Origin: Azolla caroliniana | Lineage: Eukaryota; Plantae; Polypodiophyta | Assembly: GCA_043228905.1 (NCBI GenBank) | Contig: JBHGNT010000009.1 | Location: 5,146,001-5,210,000 of the forward strand | DNA length: 64,000 nt | Reading direction: 5' to 3' | In this document: positions 59,698-64,000 of the stretch, piece by piece | Position numbering within the stretch: position 1 is the first letter of the stretch | Layout: every line of letters begins with the position of its first letter | Position numbers and translations under genes: made by a program | The notes under the pieces: generated by a model | Seen by the model: the letters and a program-made list of their open reading frames with translations, nothing else | Databases searched by the model: none | What the model was told of the DNA's origin: nothing

Positions 59698-62437
59698 ACT
59701 CAAACTACATTTCGGATTAGATTGCATCTTTTGAGTTGCAATGCTAAAAACATTTTGGCTCCATAAACATCTAAGATTTACACAATTTCTCATACATGCA
59801 CTCCAAAAAGAAGATGACATATCGTTTGTTATATATGCAAATTTGAACCTTAAGCTGAAAATAAAAATTCTCTTGCATTTTCTTATATCAGGAAATTTAA
59901 CTTTAACCTAAGGCTTATGGTACTAAGAAACTAGGGGCAAAAGACAATGATTCATCACAAATTACAATATTATATCAGTCGTTAATGTTGCCTAACTACT
60001 ATATACTAGATGGTATACTATACTTTTTTCAATTTGTATTTCTCCTCTGTGTTCCAAAACATAATAAGAACACTAATGTCAACTTTACAACAAAGGCAAA
60101 TGTTTAATGCCGCAAAGACAAATTATCAATAGTAATGTAACAATGATTTGTTAAATATGTAAAAAATGTTAACTTAATATTGTTAGCATGTTTGAATGAT
60201 CTTCATGTGCAACTACGATGGGCAATAAATTAATAAATTTACTTTTAACAATTCTAAGTAGTTTTGAAAGAGACGTTTGTTCAAATATAATAGGCCCATG
60301 TGTTATTCCCTTAAAAATGCTTCATGATAGACGCCAATGTGAAAAATGTGTTCCATCACTTGCATTCCTATTGTAGTTTACATTCGAACATATATTGTCT
60401 TGACTCTTCTTTGTAAGTCTGAGAGAGTCTTACTTGCAAATCTATTACATGATCTTTGGATGGAAATAGTGGTCAACAATATCAAACTACACGTGAAGGT
60501 TACAAGTATTGACATAACTTATGATGCTAGAAAATTTTAATGTTTTTAATTTACATCTTATGTGGACAAAGTGGTGCAATGTAAATAATGCCTTTTAGTT
60601 CAAAATTTTCAAGCTATAGATATTTAAGAAACCTATGACATTTTGAGAGGTTGTGTAAAGCTTGTGGAGTTTATGTGTTATGCGGAAACGGTGAAAGAAG
60701 TGCTAGCCTTTCTTGATCATCTATATAACTATGCTACGAGGTGCAATGTGTGTGGAGCATAGAGACCATTAGACCTTCGTGACATGAGCTCTTGTATTTG
60801 TACAAAACGTACAGCTTGTAGAACTTTCGGTACTATTTAAATGTTAATCAAAATTAATTTGAAAGGGAATATAACCACGAGTCATGTCTCAATATTATGA
60901 ATACATCATAAACACCCCCATATTGTGGAAGGAAGATACCTGATAATGTGGATTGGTTGCACATGGCATTGTCGTTAAGTTAATGTGTTGAATATTGTCT
61001 CTCTACAGTGTTTTACCTTTATTTCCCTATCGTAATTGTCTGAAGCAAGTATTGTGATAATTAAGTGGTTACTCGAGTTGATTGCAAAATCCACGTGGCC
61101 AAGTAACAATTCAATTGTCTACGTGTCACATGTTCAAACAGATCATGACATGGAATGCACATGGTACGACTTAAAAATGCATTTGTGTAGAAATTAGCTC
61201 TCTACCATAGTAATGGAGCATGTGTTTTTCAAAATTTGGAGATCACACTTCACTCCAAGAATATAGTTGATTTATCTTAGTGTTCTTGAGTCTTTGTCAT
61301 TTAGTTAGTGAGCCTCCTATATTGATGTGTTCAAAACTCATTTTAATAATTGAGCTCACAAAATAAGGGTGACGTGCAAAACTGTTTAAGATTATTAGGA
61401 AACATTGCCAATGCTTTACATGCTGGCATCATTTGATTAATGTTTGTCTTGGAATGATTTGTTTGTCTCTATCATTACTCATTCGTTAAATGATCACACC
61501 ATATTTGTGTCATCGTAATGAATTGCGTAAGATAATAGAGTATATGTTCAAACACATTGAATGGAGACAATATGGTCATTTATCACCCAACATGGTAATA
61601 AAATGCGGACATGCGATTTTTTTGTTGATTTATCATGTGAAAACTAAATGTCACATACTTTCTGAAGTGTAGTGACCCCGAAGTTGTTGAAGGTACGAGA
61701 CTCATGAAATGTGTTTCAGCATTGAACATTAAGTACTTTAATCTCTAGGATATGGGAAACCCCATAATGAATGTATGCATTATCAAATATTTATGTATGG
61801 ATTTCTGTTGAGTGTTTTACCTGAATTTATTGTCTAAAGAGGATATTTGTGCACACTATTTACCAAATCTCAAAATTTTGGCTAGATTTTCTCCAACATT
61901 ATTTAGTGATGGAACTATGGCAATATTGAGCTAAGTTTTACACAATATTGGAGAAATAATAATCTAGGAAAGGATAATTAAACATATGTCATTTTATTGT
62001 TTGAGTTATAAAAATTATTTTGGTTTGTGTGGTGTGTCAAGAAAATCATGCGGTGGACTCTTACACTTCATGACTCGATGGGTCAAGAGGAACTGAAGTA
62101 GAAATATCCCTTCTAAGATAAAGTTCAATGGAGTATTTCTCTTAATAAAATTCGGTCCATAACTTAATATTCAGTGCTCCATGGGACACATGTATGTTTG
62201 ACTTATCATCATATCGTACATTTTTTTTTGTTTGTTCCTACAATTGGTCTTGTATGCATTATCAACTGTTGGTCCACTGCCACTTAGAATCATTCACTTC
62301 ATCATCGAGACAAAATCTAGCATGGATGGTACATATTTATGTTTGGTTTTAATAATGGAATTATGTAATAAATTTTCCTTATATGTATATATCATATTAG
62401 AATACCTTTCGATTTAAGGGCCACCGTAGTAGGGTCA

Positions 62438-63065
62438 TGTTGATGTAGAGAGCGAACTAATGAAATCTATGTTCAAACAAATTTATAATAATATGTACGG
62501 GAAGAGCGATATGTATAGAGAAGCAGAAAATAATACTTCAATATACTATTATGAAAATAATACATTCTAATTTCGTAGTTTCTAAAAATAACCACAACAC
62601 CAAAAAACTACTTTAATCTCAATGACCTAGTTGATAATAGTATTTCCTTCTTCGCTCCTTCTTCCGCTAAGCCCCATCTCACTTTTTCAAACCTTCCATT
62701 CTCCTTTATGACTAAGAATCCCCTCCTATTTATAGGTTTTTCATTGCATTATTCTTGCTTCTTTTAAAAAAATATATACTTTTTTTATATAACTATCTCC
62801 TCTATAATCCCAAATTTGGCATACAAGATACTTTTGGAAAGCTCTTGTTGTCAGTTTTTTTTTAATCTTTTCTTTCGAAATTTGGATATCAGATGAAGAA
62901 GTTATGAGCTTTTTTATCTATCCAATCTTCGTATCCATGCCTTGCTCTTTTTATCTTTTAAAACCGCCTCTATCTTTATCCATTCTAGTTCCTTCCTTCT
63001 TTGATTTTTATGGTACTTGAATCATTCATATTGAGCTTTATTCTTGGGCATCCTAGCATCCAACA
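62438..63065 (-). mobile_element. Possible solo LTR
   Basis: TGTTGATG...CATCCAACA ends, CCTATTTATAGG TATA motif, and a GAAGTTATGAGC motif resembling 46666-47306. No matching TSD. Confidence 0.45.
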
Positions 63066-63231
63066 TATTTGCTACAATGATTTCACAATATGGTTCATCG
63101 GATTGATTACTTTTTAAGAATCACATATATGTGACATGAGTGTCACCTTTAATTTGAAAACTAAATATTGTGTTATATATCATTATCGTATAGTCACATA
63201 TCTATTTTTCTAGTGCATTTGAGATAGTGCA

Positions 63232-63447
63232 TATGTGATCTTTTGTGAGTACATGATTTTCAAACTTTACATATCATCGATCACATCCAAAATCATGTTC
63301 AACAAGGAGAGCTTTGTCGTAACTTGCATAAACTCATACAAGCCTCAAAATATGAGACGCATGAAACAAAACTTTCCTTGTTGAACATGATTGTGGATGT
63401 GATTGATGAGATCGTTTGAAAACCATGTACTCATGAAAGATCACATA
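63232..63447. repeat. Long inverted repeat (~75-bp arms, ~65-bp loop), MITE-like
   Basis: TATGTGATCTTT..GAGTACATG..TTTCAAAC...ATCACATCCA.AATCATGTTCAACAAGGA is mirrored at 63375-63447. Confidence 0.8.
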
Positions 63448-64000
63448 CACTTGAAGGGTTATATTATAATATCGTGGCTAGAATAATTGAAGGTACCTTA
63501 ACTAAACTCACACTAAACCCAATGGACATTTTAAATATGAGATGTGCAATATAATCATAATTTGACTTGTGATATTTCTTGAAAAGAGCATAAGCATTGG
63601 TAATTTTGTTTGCTTCTAGTGTCTCCGTTTGTTTGAACTATGTCCATATATTCTAGTGTACATCGTGATACTTCATCATTCCTTTATTTGGTTTCAGTGT
63701 TAGAGTTTATTTTAGCATTGCCTAAGTGGTGGTGATCCATTAGTTTGTGGCTCCTTTTGTTCGAGGTTGGTGTCTTTGCTTTAATCCTCTAGACTTTATC
63801 TTCTCTAATATATTTGGTTGCTTGAAGGTTAGAAATGATTGTGCCTTTTAATAGGATTACCAATCTTGTTCTTGAGCTCTTTAACAACATTGAGAGCTTC
63901 AAGAGGAGGCATAACCTCCACACTTTTCTGATAATTGGCCCAAACGCTTAGGTAAGTTTTGAGCATTTCCCCCATTTGTGTTTTTTATCTTTGACTAATT

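Noticed and set aside
60300-61950. Possible further decayed PPR sequence
   Set aside because: Only vague resemblance, and no complete motif could be read by eye.

Overview
Eukaryotic land-plant genomic DNA, probably from a non-seed plant such as a fern (inferred from the retroelement types and a PLS-type PPR remnant). The window is mostly transposable elements. There are two convincing host genes: a 4-exon XTH (GH16 xyloglucan endotransglucosylase/hydrolase, 6824-10283 +) and an intronless dirigent-like secreted protein (57606-58208 -). Two full-length, related Ty3/Gypsy chromoviruses (12815-18518 and 35764-41547) and a related solo LTR (50692-51896) are present. A four-layer nest runs LINE > Met-primed chromovirus > Trp-primed Gypsy element > intact young chromovirus. 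There are also several LINE fragments and local tandem duplications. Main observations: (1) the chromovirus family has no tRNA PBS and instead has a 12-nt PBS complementary to its own predicted 5' end, with a compensatory base change between copies (Tf1-like self-priming); (2) every LTR of that family starts with an antisense tRNA-like A-box/B-box module that also folds into a long hairpin; (3) two unrelated elements carry clear -1 ribosomal frameshift cassettes; (4) a 2.1-kb inversion (26016-28135) splits an LTR and can be reconstructed at both breakpoints; (5) a 56-bp-period hairpin array lies in a retroelement leader. All alignments, counts and folds were done by eye, and no database searches were run.
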